A stretch of DNA of 64,000 nt from Bugula neritina (GCA_964035545.1 OZ037770.1:15862642-15926641), one strand, 5' to 3'; shown: positions 25,278 to 38,547, numbered from the stretch's first letter. Notes: generated from the sequence alone by a model not told the origin. Made by a program: numbers and translations.

Positions 25278-27725
25278 ACCTTCTCGGAAAGCTTTAGAAC
25301 ACAAGAATTACAATTGCTTAAAGATTTGAACAAAGATGACAACAATGTTGGGGCACTTGGACAAAAATAAAATTAAATTGGTTTTGAAAACTTTCACACG
25401 AAACTTGTTATTAAACACTAATTTTAAGATACTAGAGAGCAATGTTAGTTAGCAACTTAAACACTGAATAAGAACATCAGGTTCTTTCTGTGAAAAAATA
25501 TTTGACAATGTTTCAGTTTTTGTAAACAAAGCTGAGCAACTTGATATATAGAACAAAAACAAGATGGCTTGATGTTAGTATTACTTAGAATGTACCAAGC
25601 ATTTAGAAAATTTCATATAAAGGTAAAACTATAGAAATATATATAATTATAGTTTTAGAGTAAATTAAACTGTAATACTAAAAGTAAAAGTAAACCTGAA
25701 AGTTTTATTACTATTAGTAATACTAATATTAATAATAATAGTGCATCAAAATGTAATACTGATACTAATACTAATAGCAATAGCAATACTTCTACTTATT
25801 GTTATTAAATTTAATGCAACTTGAACTTTCACTTTGAAGTTTTAGTTTAACAATAACTATAACTATAAGTATAACTTACACATGGCGTTGATATTGACGC
25901 AATTTGAAAGCTATTTGCAGTGCACTCGAATAATTTTGAAATAAACAAATACACTCTAAAAGTGTATTTGAAATTATTACACAGGCCCACAATTGAGAAT
26001 TTTTTTTCTTTTATGGAACTAACTAGTGAAAATAAGTTGTCATTTCTTAGTGAGTCAGCTACACGATGCTTCCGGTATGTTTGAACATCTAGATTCTAGG
26101 GCTACGGATCTTGCAAACTTCACAAACTCCTTATGCCTGGGAAACTTAGGCTATAATTTGATCAACCTGTCGAGTTGTCCTCTCACTAGAACGTCAGAAA
26201 CTACAACCCTAGAACCAATAATATAATAAATTTAACCACTCCCAATTTCTTAGCAATGATGTCAATAAGAAGCAAAAAGGTTTTATGCTATGTCAAGGAC
26301 AACTCACTTTTAATTTTCCATGCCCGTTAATTTTTCTGATCTTTTTTTGTACGTTATATATCAGTGTTATTAAATATTAATAGCAAATAGTTCTAAAAAA
26401 TATCAATACAGATTAAATAAAAATGAAATTAACATTAGTATTATAATAATAATTTTCAAATGTTGATAGGATTAGATGGAATAAGTATAAGTATTAGTAT
26501 AACTTCATTATCAATATGAATATCATACTCGAAGTTTCAGTCAAAGTCAATATCAAATTCAATATGAATATGTATTAGTATTACTATTACTATTAGTATT
26601 TGTAATACCAGTAGTAATAATAATAGTTTATAATAATAATAATTATTATTAGTATACTATAAGTATAAGTATAACTACTACTACTGCTACTACTACTACT
26701 ACTACTACTACTACTAGTACTAGTGCTAGTAGTACTAGTAGTATTACTAGTACTCACAGTCACCATAACTATAGCATAGCTAAGTTTAAGTATAGCTACT
26801 GACAGTCATTATGGTTAAGAGATCGTGCGAGACGGACGTGTTTTCGAGCGCAATTGGCAAATTGAAATTATTTTACAAAAAAAACTTTTTTAAACATCTT
26901 TATTACCTAACCTAAACATAAATTTCTTTGCATACTAACGATAGCTCACTAACTATACATCTGTGAGCCTAAAGAAAAGGTGGTCTGGCCGATTTAGGCA
27001 CTACCTGGTCAGTTCAGTTGTTGCTGATTTCAGTTGTCAGTTGATTTGAGACCAATTTTTCTGAGTCACTCTTTAGAGTAAATTATTTATTTTTTTTTTT
27101 TATTTTTCTCAGTGACTACTTTAGAGTAAATTATTTATTTATTTATTTATTTTTTTTTGTTATTTTTTCAGTGATTTTGGATTTGAGTTGATTTGAGTTC
27201 AGTTGTCACTGAGTTCAGTTGTCGCAGTTGTCAGTTGATTTGAGACCAATTTTTCTGAGTCACTAGACAGTGACTACTTTAGAGTATACTATTTATTTAT
27301 TTTTTATTTATTTATTTTTTTTTTTTCAGTGACTGCTTCAGAGTAAATTATTTTTATTTTCAGTGATTTTGGATTTTGGATCTGCATTCTTTCAGGATAT
27401 TTGCAATTCGGTTTCGTTCTTCTTTTGTCTTGATTGCTTCTGCTTTGGTTGAAGTTGCTTGCCCTTACAAATATTTTCTCTTTTTTTTTCTGTTGGGCTC
27501 TTTTCTAGGAGCAAACTACTTTACATTTCATAAAGCAAATAATTTTCATAAAGCAAATAAATTTGTCCTTTGCTGGTTGTTCTTGCCCGTGCATTTCTTT
27601 TGCCTCTGCTTTTTCTCCTTTGTTTTCTTCTCGGAGCAGGCAGTTCTGTTGCTTCGCTCTGAAATTCTTTCCCTCTTCTAGGGGTACCTGATCTGACATC
27701 TATTCTTGGTCTGTAAACACCTGCA

Positions 27726-28709
27726 ATGGCTGGTAAGGAGTCTGGTGGTCAGAGTTCTCGTACTAGTTCAACCTCGGGGAGCTCTAATGCATGCACATTA
27801 TGCACAATGTCAACATATAATAAACCCAGTCTTGAGTGCTGTCTCTGTTCGAGATCGACACATACCAACTGTCTACCAGACTGGAAGGACCTAAATCGAT
27901 CTATAGATATCACCAAACTGTTTTCTAGATCTGGCTTGAAATGGTATTGCCAGACATGTGAGCCCACGCTCAGTGATTACATCAGCGGTGATGAAATTAA
28001 AAAATCTCTTGCTCAAATGGAAACTAAAATGGATTCTGTCCAAAACCTGGTCTGTGAGAATATCAAACTGACCAAATCTGAGACAATCAAGCCCGATAAC
28101 ACAGAACCCTGGTTTACTAAAATCAAACAAACTGTCGAAAGATTGGAAACCAATGCCCAATCCCAACTGAAACGAAAAGAGAAGGAAGAACGTGCCCATA
28201 GTGTTATCATACATGGCTTAAAAGAGAATAACAATACCATGGAAGAGATTATGGAAATATGTGATATTCTAAGTTTCAATCATGAGTCTCTGTTAAAATT
28301 CTCTAGACTAGGTAGACGTAACATGAACCTCCCCAACTCTGATAAAATAAGACCAGTTAAAGCCACCTTTAATTCTGAGATGAATAAAAATGATTTTATG
28401 TATAGATACAACACCTGGGAAAATAAAGCATCTACATTTTGTACACCAGACCTATCTCCTGAAGAGCGTGACCGTGACTATAAACTTAGAAAACTGAGAG
28501 ACGAATTAAAAGCAACTCACTCAGACAAAATGTTTCAAGTAAGAAATGGCTCTATTTACTCCAAGTCTAAAACATCCAGGTCAGACCGCTGGTCCAAGTT
28601 TGCCCATGACTCTGATACTATTGCTTCAGAATCTCTCCGGGACCCCAGCGAGACTAACACCATAACTGATAAAAACACAGCTGGACATTACCACTCTAAT
28701 GCTAACTAA
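27726..28709 (+). CDS. LINE ORF1 protein (PHD finger, coiled coil, RRM-like C-terminal region)
   Basis: C4HC3 PHD pattern CTLC...CCLC...HTNC...WYCQTC; SVIIHGLKE and RLGR...RPVK motifs typical of CR1-type ORF1. Confidence 0.9.
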   Translation: MAGKESGGQSSRTSSTSGSSNACTLCTMSTYNKPSLECCLCSRSTHTNCLPDWKDLNRSIDITKLFSRSGLKWYCQTCEPTLSDYISGDEIKKSLAQMETKMDSVQNLVCENIKLTKSETIKPDNTEPWFTKIKQTVERLETNAQSQLKRKEKEERAHSVIIHGLKENNNTMEEIMEICDILSFNHESLLKFSRLGRRNMNLPNSDKIRPVKATFNSEMNKNDFMYRYNTWENKASTFCTPDLSPEERDRDYKLRKLRDELKATHSDKMFQVRNGSIYSKSKTSRSDRWSKFAHDSDTIASESLRDPSETNTITDKNTAGHYHSNAN

Positions 28710-31446
28710 CCTGTCCAACTCAACTATCATGGCAGAACAAAAAGAGTTAAAAGTAATATCTTGGAATTGTAATGGTATCAGGGGTAAAATACATGAACTT
28801 TCCATGCTACTAGATCAGCAATCGCCAGATATCTTTTGCTTATGTGAAACAAAACTAGATTCATCAGTTTCCGATAATGAGTTATCCAGAGACTACACCC
28901 TGTACCGGCGTGATCGAACTGACGGACTAGGACGTGGAGGTGGAGTCCTTATAGGCCTATCCAATAAATGTCCCTTTGTTGTTAGTAGAATCAATGTCTC
29001 ACACCCTGGGGAAATCATTGCCCTTGACTTATCAATCTGTGGATACTCTTTCACTATTGCATGCTATTACCGTAGACCCTGTATAAAACAAGTAGAAGAT
29101 ATAGTAAATTGGTATTATGATCAAACCAATCCGAACATTGTTATGGTTGGGGATTTTAACCTACCTGACATTGACTGGAATGATAGTAGCAGGCCTGTAC
29201 TTAAAACAACTAGAGAAACTAACTTGCATCAATTGTTCGTAGATTTTATAATTTCGAATAATCTTTCTCAGGCTATCAATAAACCTACTCACGACAAAGG
29301 TAATACGCTTGATCTAGTTGTTACAAATGTAACTACCACTAACCCCCGAGTTGAGTCATCCTGCTCTGACCATTTTATTATCAATTTCAATGTGTTGGCG
29401 GATAATGTTATTAAAAGGACAGCATCCCTAACCAAACCAAAACCATATTGGCAGTTTGAAAAGGCAGACATAACGAACATCACCGTGGACTGTTACTCCC
29501 TACATTGTAAAATCACCTCAGATATCTCTAAGAAATGTAGCGCTGAACAGTTATGGCATAATCTCAAATCTGGAATACTTCAGGTAGCCCATTCCAATAT
29601 CCCATACAAATTTAGAAAGAAAAAATCAAAACTCTGGATATCCCAAGAAACTAAAAGTGAGATCAGAAAAAGAAAACACCTCCATCTAGCTTGCCTTAAC
29701 GATCGCACCCCGCACAACATTTTAAAACATGCCACCCAGTCCCGGTACTGCAAGAAATTGTGTAACAGGGACTATAATAATTATATAAACAAACACATAT
29801 GCAATACATTAGAGCAGGGTGATTCAAAACCTCTTTATCGGTTCATAGCAAGTAAAAAGGGCAGCTCAAATACTGTACGCCAACTAGACAACATCCCCCC
29901 TAACAACAATACTGCTATAGCTGAATCTTTTGCGGACTCCTTTGCTTCTGTGTTTTCTATTGATGATGGTAATATCCCTCCCTGCATTCCACCTCAAACT
30001 ATATCATCTCCTATACAATTTGATCCTCGGGGAGTCCTAACACAGCTCACCAAACTCGATCCACGAAAAGGTGCTGGCCCAGATGAGCTTTCTCCTGCAC
30101 TTCTAAAATATCTTGCACATTATATATATGAGCCCCTGACAAAAGTTTTTCAGTACTTTTACGATACATCTCAGACACCACAAGACTGGAAAACAGCAAA
30201 CATTGTACCGATCTTCAAGAAAGGAAGTCGTACAGACCCGCTGAATTACAGGCCAATATCACTCACTTCTATCATATCCAAAATCTTCGAGCATATCGTA
30301 TCACATAATATCAACTGTTTCCTCTAATCAAATGACCTGTTTTACCCACACCAACATGGTTTCAGGACAAATCATGGCTGCGATACTCAGTTGTTGAATA
30401 CAGTGAGTGAATTTATAGATTTTTTTGACGAAATGATACCGGTTGATCTCGCTGTCTTGGATTTTTCAAAGGCCTTTGACGTTGTGTCGCACCATAAACT
30501 ACAGGTTAAACTGCTAAATATCGGAATAGCTGATAAAACTGTCAAATGGATTTTTTCATGGCTTCAGAACCGTCTTCTTTCAGTCTGTGTCAACAACGTC
30601 AAATCGGCCACTAGACATGTGACCTCAGGAGTGCCCCAAGGCAGTGTATTAGGACCATTGTTATTTAATGTGTACATAAATGACATGCACTCTGCGGTAG
30701 CCAACAGCAAGCTTAAACTATATGCAGATGATTCCTTGTTGTACAAACCAATCACAACACCTGCTGATTCTAGTTTATTTCAGAATGACTTAGACCATCT
30801 TATAACTTGGGCAGACAGTTCTCAGATGAAGTTCAATATAAATAAATGTGAGCATATGACAATTCAACGCTCCACTGTAAATCCTCTAGTGTCTCAATAC
30901 AGCATGAATAATGACCCCTTACAATGTGTTGACAAAGTATTATACCTTGGTGTCACGATTGATAATAAACTGTCATTCGATCAACATATAATAAACATTT
31001 GCTCAAAAGCTAATAAATTATTACACATGCTGATGCGCTGTCTAAAAAAGGCTAAAAGTAAAACCAGAGCCATAGCTTATAAAACAGTCTGTCGCCCTAT
31101 ACTAGAATTTGCGACCCACACCTGGTCTCCATTTAAATTGAAAAACATCAACATCATAGAAGGTATAAATAGAAAAGCCTTCAGGTGGACATTCTGTAAG
31201 AGAAAACGAAATCATATAACTGAGCTCATGACAAATTCTAATTGGGATAGCCTTGCACAAAGACGTGACAATGCAGACCAAAAAATGTACTTTCGTATGC
31301 TTTCTGGTAGTGCCGCCATAGACCAAGACCGGTTCTCCCTTCATTTTGCAGAGTCTCACAATACCAGACATGGTGCTATTAAGGGCAATATCAATACCAA
31401 AACTGCCAAACATTCATATAAACATCGCATCCATAAACTTTTCTAA
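28699..31446 (+). pseudogene. LINE ORF2 (AP endonuclease + reverse transcriptase) interrupted by one in-frame TAA at 30325-30327
   Basis: APE motifs SWNCNG, LCETKL, GDFNLP, LDLV, SDH. RT motifs YRPISLTS, QHGFR (just after the stop, same frame), LDFSKAFD, GVPQGSVLGP, YADD, YLGV. The two ORF-track pieces are in the same frame. Confidence 0.93.
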
Positions 31447-32227
31447 TGATTCTAGCTGCTTTGCCTAACTGATTATAAGCACTTAACACCGACTCTGCTT
31501 TATATCATCTGAAGCTGTGCGGTGTATATCTATTTATTTATTTACTTTTTTTTTTTTTTTTTTCTTTTTTTTTTTTCTTTCTCTCCTGGCAGTAGCTAGC
31601 TATTGAGCTTTGAATCGAAGCATAATTAACTATATTCTTATCTCGTAGACAAAATAGTTTTCTTCCTTACTACTGATAATATAAACAATTGTTCATACAC
31701 CACTGCATCTCGATAAAGGAGCCAAAGCGCTCCGAGTGAGATTAATTAGATGAGATGAGATGAGATGAGATTATAAGTATGAGTGTGACTATATGATCAA
31801 GTATAGCTAAAGTTACACAAAGTCAAATAGTAATACTATAACTTTTAAGAATAAGTATAAGTATAACATCAAGTTCAACTTCAAGTTTAACTAAAACTTA
31901 AAGTTAAACCACAACTGCCTAAGTTAGTTAATAAATAGAGCATTAACTATAAGCATAATCACAATGATAATGATATAAAATATAACATTAAGTGATTAAC
32001 TTCAAGTTTAACTTTGAGTTGAACTTAAACTAATATTGGCTTACTCTTACTCTTAGAGTTTATATAAGTATAACATTAACTTCAAGTATTAGCTTGAGTA
32101 TTTCTATTCATGTTAGTATGCGATTTCATATAATTATAAATAATAATTGTATTTGTAATATGGGGACAGTTAAACCTTGTGTTATATTTAGTGCGTTATA
32201 ACTACTGCGTAGGTACAGAATCTTGCC

Positions 32228-33047
32228 ATGTACGACAGCGATGATAACCTGTCAGACGACGCCCCTGATGACGTTCCTTTCCAACAATCTAAGGATGCGA
32301 ACAGAGAGTTGACACAACTACAGTTGAAGTCGGAGAAGAGTCACAGACACAACAGGAAGCTCCGTAATAAAAAGAAAGAGGATTTGTTTAAGGAACAAAA
32401 GGTAAAGGGATTTAAGTTTTTAACTTTTAATCCGTTTATTGAGGAATGTGTGATGGAAACGTTTGCTCGTTTTGAACAGAAAGCGAAAAAGGCCAGACTA
32501 GCTGAGCAGGAATTGCCAGCTGAAGTGTTGGATGGGCTGTCAGATGATGAGGGGACAACTCCACCTACTCCACTGATTTCTTCACAAGCCACACACACTC
32601 AGTTTGGTTCTGATGAGGAGTCTGAACAAGATGACATTGATAGGTGAGTTAGAGCTCATGTGTTGGCCACCACTCACTGTTTACTCATACTAGTTACTCA
32701 ATACTAGTCACTTGATGCTAAATACTAAAATTTACTTCATATACGACATATTCACCAAAGCCTCTGTGATTATTGTTAACATGTGTCTGAGTTGTGTTTG
32801 AAAAGTTGACAAAATATGCATGAAGATAAATTACGAATTTTATTTTGTAGTGGAATAAACTCAACAATTACCAGGTAAGTCCTTCTTTATTACTACTACT
32901 ACTACACAGTGATAATACTGCTACTGCTACTGCTGCCCCTGATGCTACTACTACTACTACTGCTACTACTACTACTACTACTACTACTACTGGTACTACT
33001 GCTAGTACTGGTACTACTACTACTACTAGTACTGCTACTACTACTGG

Positions 33048-33093
<46 letters not shown>

Positions 33094-33094
33094 G

Positions 33095-33162
<68 letters not shown>

Positions 33163-33506
33163 GGTACTACTACTACTACTGGTACTACTACTACTACTAG
33201 TACTGCTACTACTACTGGTACTACTACTACTACTAGACTGTGTACTCTTGTAGTAAAATATCTGTGAAAGAAGTAGAGGATATCAAGTCTAAAGCCTTTA
33301 GCTCTGCTCTTGTTTTCCAAAACATGAAAAGTCAAGGTGCTAACCCTAACATTCAGAGATGTTCAGGTGAGGATCACATCTCATAACATAGTCTGTTCTC
33401 CTTGATTTTATAGTCTCTGTGCAGCACTTCTTTTTAAATACTTATGTTTGCAGCTAAAGCGAGGCAGTTCCAGCTGGAAAGAAAGAAAGCTTTTCGGAAT
33501 AAGTGA
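32228..33506 (+). CDS. NOL7: NOL7-like nucleolar (U3 snoRNP-associated) protein, 5 coding exons
   Basis: Exons 32228-32401, 32480-32643, 32851-32874, 33254-33366, 33454-33506, in phase. SDDAPDDVPF and KKEDLFKEQK...LPAEVLD resemble the NOL7 motifs DDEAPEELTF and REELFIEQK...LPDTILE (recalled, not searched). Confidence 0.7.
32890..33236. repeat. (CTA)n trinucleotide microsatellite in NOL7-like intron 3
   Basis: Long interrupted TAC/TGC/TGG run. Confidence 0.95.
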
Positions 33507-35083
33507 GACCAAGCCCTGAACATCACAATCAGATCTCTCTCACAAGAGTTTTCAGTTTCACTCTGCTATTTTTAAATCATATTGTAATGTAGCCATTAAT
33601 TGTCCACTGTCAATTATCTTATTTTGATTGATTCTGTTTCTCTACAAATATATTTGATATATAATCATGTTAAATCAGCCAAATCTTCTTCCTTTTTGTT
33701 AACTTGAGGTGTAACCAGTGCTTTACCAATTCTGTGAATTCGCACCATAGTAGTGTTACCTTAACTTCATCATCACACTTCTGCATCGTGATACATATGT
33801 GTGTTGGTGTGTAAAAGGACAATAATATCCTCACCTAACTTCTCCCTGTCCTGTTTGGGTAGCGGAAAGCATTAATACGGTCAACATTTATTGGTGTAAG
33901 ACGTCTGTATTCCTATAATTGATTATTGTCAAAACATTGATGTGTTAGTTGAGAGTTGCCTACCTCTTCTATTTAACAAAAGTATCAACAATGAATAGCG
34001 CTATCATAACCCAAAATCCTGCAAGCTCTCAAAAAAGTAGTAAAGTCATTGTTATTTCAAAATCGGGTGAGCATAAAGTTTCCCGTAATTATTTTGTCTG
34101 ATTAGGAATCTGTTAGCAGTACGTCAACTACATCTCTGTGTAGAACAATCGACATACTTCATCACCATTTTGTAACTAGTTGCATTAAATTTATTATTAT
34201 ATTTATTTGTTCTGCTATTATAGAATGTAGAAATAATAATTTGGAAAATCCTCTTGTTGTCCATCTTTTAATGCTAGCATTCAGGTTTAAAATAAATATG
34301 TCCTTGTTTGCAACGTGTTGAGACTGATGGAGATAGACTCGTACTGCCATCTAGTTCTACTCACTACTGATCTAGTTCTACTTTTACTAGTACTAGTAGT
34401 AGTACTAGTAGTAGTGATTTATTTCTAGAGTGATACTCACTCTCAGTAGTCAGTCTCATAATGATGATAAAATTTAAATAATCATTTTTTCACTTTTATT
34501 ATTAAATAAAGTAATTATTATCTTCAAGTAGAAGTAGCCTAATGGATAATTAGCTATTAATAGTATAAGTATTATTGTAACTAAATTCTGTTATATAAAC
34601 TTAAAATATAAGACGAAATTTAAGTTATTACTGTTACTATTAGTATTAGTATTACATTTACTATTACTATTAGTATTAGTATTGGTAATACTAATAGTAA
34701 TAGTAATACTATTACTATAGTATTACTATAGTATTAGTATTACACTTGACTTACACTTACAGTATGAGTATAATTATTAGTATTACTATTAGTATTACAT
34801 TTGTTATTAGTATTAGTATTAGTGTTACTATTACTATAAGTAGTAATACTAATACTAATAATAATGTTACTATTTCAGTATTTGTATTACTGTTGAACTT
34901 GATCACTAACTTAGTGTTACTGTTAGTATTACTATCAGTATAACTATAAGTGTCATTTTAGTATTATATTTAGGATTAAGATTGCAATATAAATATCAAT
35001 TCTATTTACTATTAGTATTAGTATAGCCATAGGACACAAGTATTAGGTATTACTATTACTATTCGTGTTATTATTAGAACTGC

Positions 35084-35150
35084 ATCAGATCAGATTAATT
35101 ATTCCTGTGCAATATTCCTCTTAGCAGAGGCATATTGCACAGGAGCGCTT
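35084..35150 (-). mobile_element. 3' end remnant of a CR1/L2-type LINE or its SINE (terminal hairpin + ATCTG tail)
   Basis: Hairpin TCCTGTGCAATAT-T-CCTCT-TAGC-AGAGG-C-ATATTGCACAGGA (35103-35144). On the - strand it is followed by ATAATTAATCTGATCTGAT, analogous to the ATTAATTA-GATGAGATGAGAT end of the neighbouring LINE. Confidence 0.5.
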
Positions 35151-35759
35151 CAATTTAATATATATATATATATTTTTTTTTATATACAACATGGATTTTC
35201 TTTTTCTTTTCTTTCTCTTCCCTTTTTTTTCTTTCTTTTTTTTCAAAACACTGCAACAGTCTATGTCTTGTCTACATATTCAAAATATGGAATACGGACA
35301 TCCATTTCCAATGATCAATATAAAAAACCCCATCATTATGATTAGTCATTATGATTATCATATTTAATTATACTAATTTATAGATATGCTAAATTGTGGT
35401 TTTATAAATTTAACAATGAATAGAAATATGTAATAATTATTAAATTTACAACTAAATAAAATAATATTAATAATATGAATATAATTGATACATTTTTTGT
35501 TATCATTGTAATTATATCTAGTTTTAAATTAATCATGATGCTAATTGCTAATCATATTTAACATTGGGTTAGTAATACTTATAATATTTATATTGATGGT
35601 ATTAATACTCATATTGATGTTGAATTTAATACACACACTCTTACTTTATAAATATAATGATAATAGTTGTTATTGTGATTGACTATAAAATTGAATACTT
35701 ATAAGGGGTAGCCTTTTCGAATTTGTAATTTATAGTCGCTGGTCATAAGGAGATTCCTT

Positions 35760-36028
35760 AGTAGCAGCTGGTAGTACTTTGTAGTAGCTAGTAGTACTTA
35801 GTAGTAACTGGTAGTCTGTAGTGGTAGCTAGTAGTACGTAGTAGTAACTGGTAGTACGTAGTAGTAACTGGTAGTCTGTAGTGGTAACTGGTAGTCTGTA
35901 GTGGTAGCTAGTAGTGCGTAGTAGTAACTGGTAGTACGTAGTAGTAACTGGTAGTACGTAGTAGTAGCTAGTAGCACATATTAGTAACTGGTAGTACATA
36001 GTGGTAGCTGGTAGTAACTGGTAGTCTG
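35760..36028. repeat. Degenerate ~20-bp minisatellite GTAGTAACTGGTAGTACGTA
   Basis: About 13 diverged copies upstream of the membrane-protein gene. Confidence 0.85.
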
Positions 36029-36305
36029 TTAACTGGAAAGCTGCCTTCCATTACACTCAGAGGGATTCACAGCTGTTCTGATTCCTAAGATTATTCATAC
36101 TAACTAGTAAGATCTTTGCACCATGTTTTGCTCATCTTTTAATAGTAAAGACAGGCAGGTTGTAGGCTGTGTGAAGCATGTGCCCAGTTTTATAGCTGCA
36201 TAAATACTATTCAAACTAGCAGGAGTCTCTAAGTGTACGAATACATGTTGTATTTATAGTATACAGTAAATCTAAATACATTCACTCTTTGTTATAGAAA
36301 ATATT

Positions 36306-37981
36306 ATGGACCAAGTTTGGAACTTTGCTCTGAATTTGTTCTTTTTCCTCGAGTGTTACCATTTTATTGCCCACGCCCTGATCCTCTTTCGAGTTCGCAT
36401 GTTGCCAAGAAAGGATTTGGCTCGCACTCGCTACTATTTTATTCTTGACACAACATCGGTGTTCATCGTCAACTTCATTCTCATTGGACAAATGAAAATA
36501 GTGGCTACTTTTCAAATCATACAGCATCTCTACTATTTTATAACCTGGGAAAAGTCGGATCTTGCTAAAAAGGTGAGACTTCTTCATCACCACCATGTAA
36601 TATACTCTCTCTACTCTGTATTATACTCTCTCTACTCTGTATTATACTCTCTCTACTCTGTATTATACTCTCTCTACTCTGTATTATACTCTCTCTACTC
36701 TGTATTATACTCTCTCTACTCTGTATTATACTCTCTCTACTCTGTATTATACTCTCTCTACTCTGTATTATACTCTCTCTACTCTGTATTATACTCTCTC
36801 TACTCTGTATTATACTCTCTCTACTCTGTATTATACTCTCTCTACTCTGTATTATACTCTCTCTACTCTGTATTGTACTCTCTCTACTCTGTATTATACT
36901 CTCTCTACTCTGTATTATACTCTCTCTACTCTGTATTATACTCTCTCTACTCTGTATTATACTCTCTCTACTCTGTATTATACTCTCTCTACTCTGTATT
37001 ATACTCTCTCTACTCTGTATTATACTCTCTCTACTCTGTATTATACTCTCTCTACTCTGTATTATACTCTCTCTACTCTGTATTATACTCTCTCTACTCT
37101 GTATTATACTCTCTCTACTCTGTATTATACTCTCTCTACTCTGTATTATACTCTCTCTACTCTGTATTATACTCTCTCTACTCTGTATTATACTCTCTCT
37201 ACTCTGTATTATACTCTCTCTACTCTGTATTATACTCTCTCTACTCTGTATTATACTCTCTCTACTCTGTATTATACTCTCTCTACTCTGTATTGTACTC
37301 TCTCTACTCTGTATTGTACTCTCTCTACTCTGTATTGTACTCTCTCTACTCTGTATTATACTCTCTCTACTCTGTATTATACTCTCTCTACTCTGTATTA
37401 TACTCTCTCTACTCTGTATTATACTCTCTCTACTCTGTATTATACTCTCTCTACTCTGTATTATACTCTCTCTACTCTGTATTATACTCTCTCTACTCTG
37501 TATTATACTCTCTCTGCTTCCCTCACGCAGGTGGTTAGTTGGAGCAGCTTGGAGTGGCAAAGGTTACCAAAGGAGGTACCACACAGTGTTGGTTTCTTTG
37601 AAGTTGTCGGCACTCTGTTTGACCTGATGGTACACCTTGTCAATGCCTACCTGCTGGCGTCTCATCTCACAACAGTTGAGGTTGTGCTGGGAATAGCACT
37701 GGTCTACACCAGCACTTACATGCTTCTGTATAACCCCAGGTAAGCTTTGCTCAATGTATTCACACATGTATATCTGTGTGTACTTCATATTGGTGTAGTA
37801 ATATACAGACGGTGTGTATCTTAGGTTTGCCTGGAGTTCTCCATTTTCAATGGAGCCATGGGTGGAGCGTAGACTAAACCCCCTCTCTGCTGACGACATT
37901 CCCCTCACCCCTGCTGACAAACTACTTGGGCAAACTGCTATCAACCAAGATATTCTGAAGCCAGTGGAGAAATGCAACTGA
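36306..37981 (+). CDS. Uncharacterised multipass membrane protein, ~210 aa, 3 coding exons
   Basis: Exons 36306-36572, 37531-37739, 37825-37981, GT-AG and in phase. Several hydrophobic helices with embedded His (YHFIAH, IQHLYYF, MVHLVN). Confidence 0.85.
36600..37514. repeat. Intronic minisatellite, 21-bp unit TTATACTCTCTCTACTCTGTA
   Basis: About 43 near-identical copies. Confidence 0.97.
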
Positions 37982-38444
37982 TTGGCTGAACATATCCCAC
38001 ATTGGTGTTGTCCTGTCAACTCTGACCTTCCTGTATCTTCACTGTGCGTCTCCAGCTGTTCTCTCACTCTCCATTTTTATTGATGTAGCTTTATTTTATT
38101 ATTATTTACAAGTTTATATTAGAACAATTTACTAGCAATGCAAAGTTCTAAATCTATTCAACTATATTTTAACCAATATTTTACAGGGTAGCTATGTTTA
38201 TTTTTGTATGCTTTTAATTAACAATACAATGATATTGCAAGACTTGTTACCATAAGCACATTCTTGCAGCATTTAATTGGCACCATCTAGGCCGACCTCT
38301 ATGTATTCACAAACCTGTTGCCATTTTTTTTAAGATTTCTATATTTGCAATTTTCTAATTTCATCTGGTGACAATCATTACAAAGCTTCCTGTAGTTATG
38401 GGGTTCTCTCACCCAACTGCTCAGCAATCAACAAGTGTATGGCA

Positions 38445-38547
38445 ATGAGGGGGTGTGCTGAGAGATGAGAGGTGTGCGGAGAGATGAGGGGGTGTGCTGA
38501 GAGATGAGGGGGTGTGCTGAGAGATGAGGGGTGTGCGGAGAGATGAG
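38445..38547. repeat. 20-bp tandem repeat GAGATGAGGGGGTGTGCTGA in the probable Y-box 3' UTR
   Basis: About 5 copies. Confidence 0.85.

Larger units (their letters stand above)
26803..31771 (+). mobile_element. Near full-length non-LTR retrotransposon, CR1 group (CR1/L2-like)
   Basis: 5' UTR with internal duplications (27010-27375), PHD-containing ORF1, APE-RT ORF2, 3' UTR ending in a (GAGAT)n microsatellite tail at ~31748-31771. The 5' boundary is approximate. Confidence 0.93.

Noticed and set aside
30325-30327. Programmed stop-codon read-through in LINE ORF2
   Set aside because: The stop lies inside the RT region, where CR1-group ORF2s are continuous; a single nonsense substitution or sequencing error is simpler.
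26788-31809. AAGTATAGCTA on both sides of the LINE as a target-site duplication
   Set aside because: The right copy is ~27 nt away from the tail, and the flanks are low-complexity, so a chance match is plausible.
32868-33335. Poly-Val and poly-Leu ORFs
   Set aside because: (CTA)n microsatellite in an intron.
36565-37560. SRESIIQ / YSLYSVL repeat ORFs on both strands
   Set aside because: 21-bp intronic minisatellite bounded by GT-AG of the membrane-protein gene.
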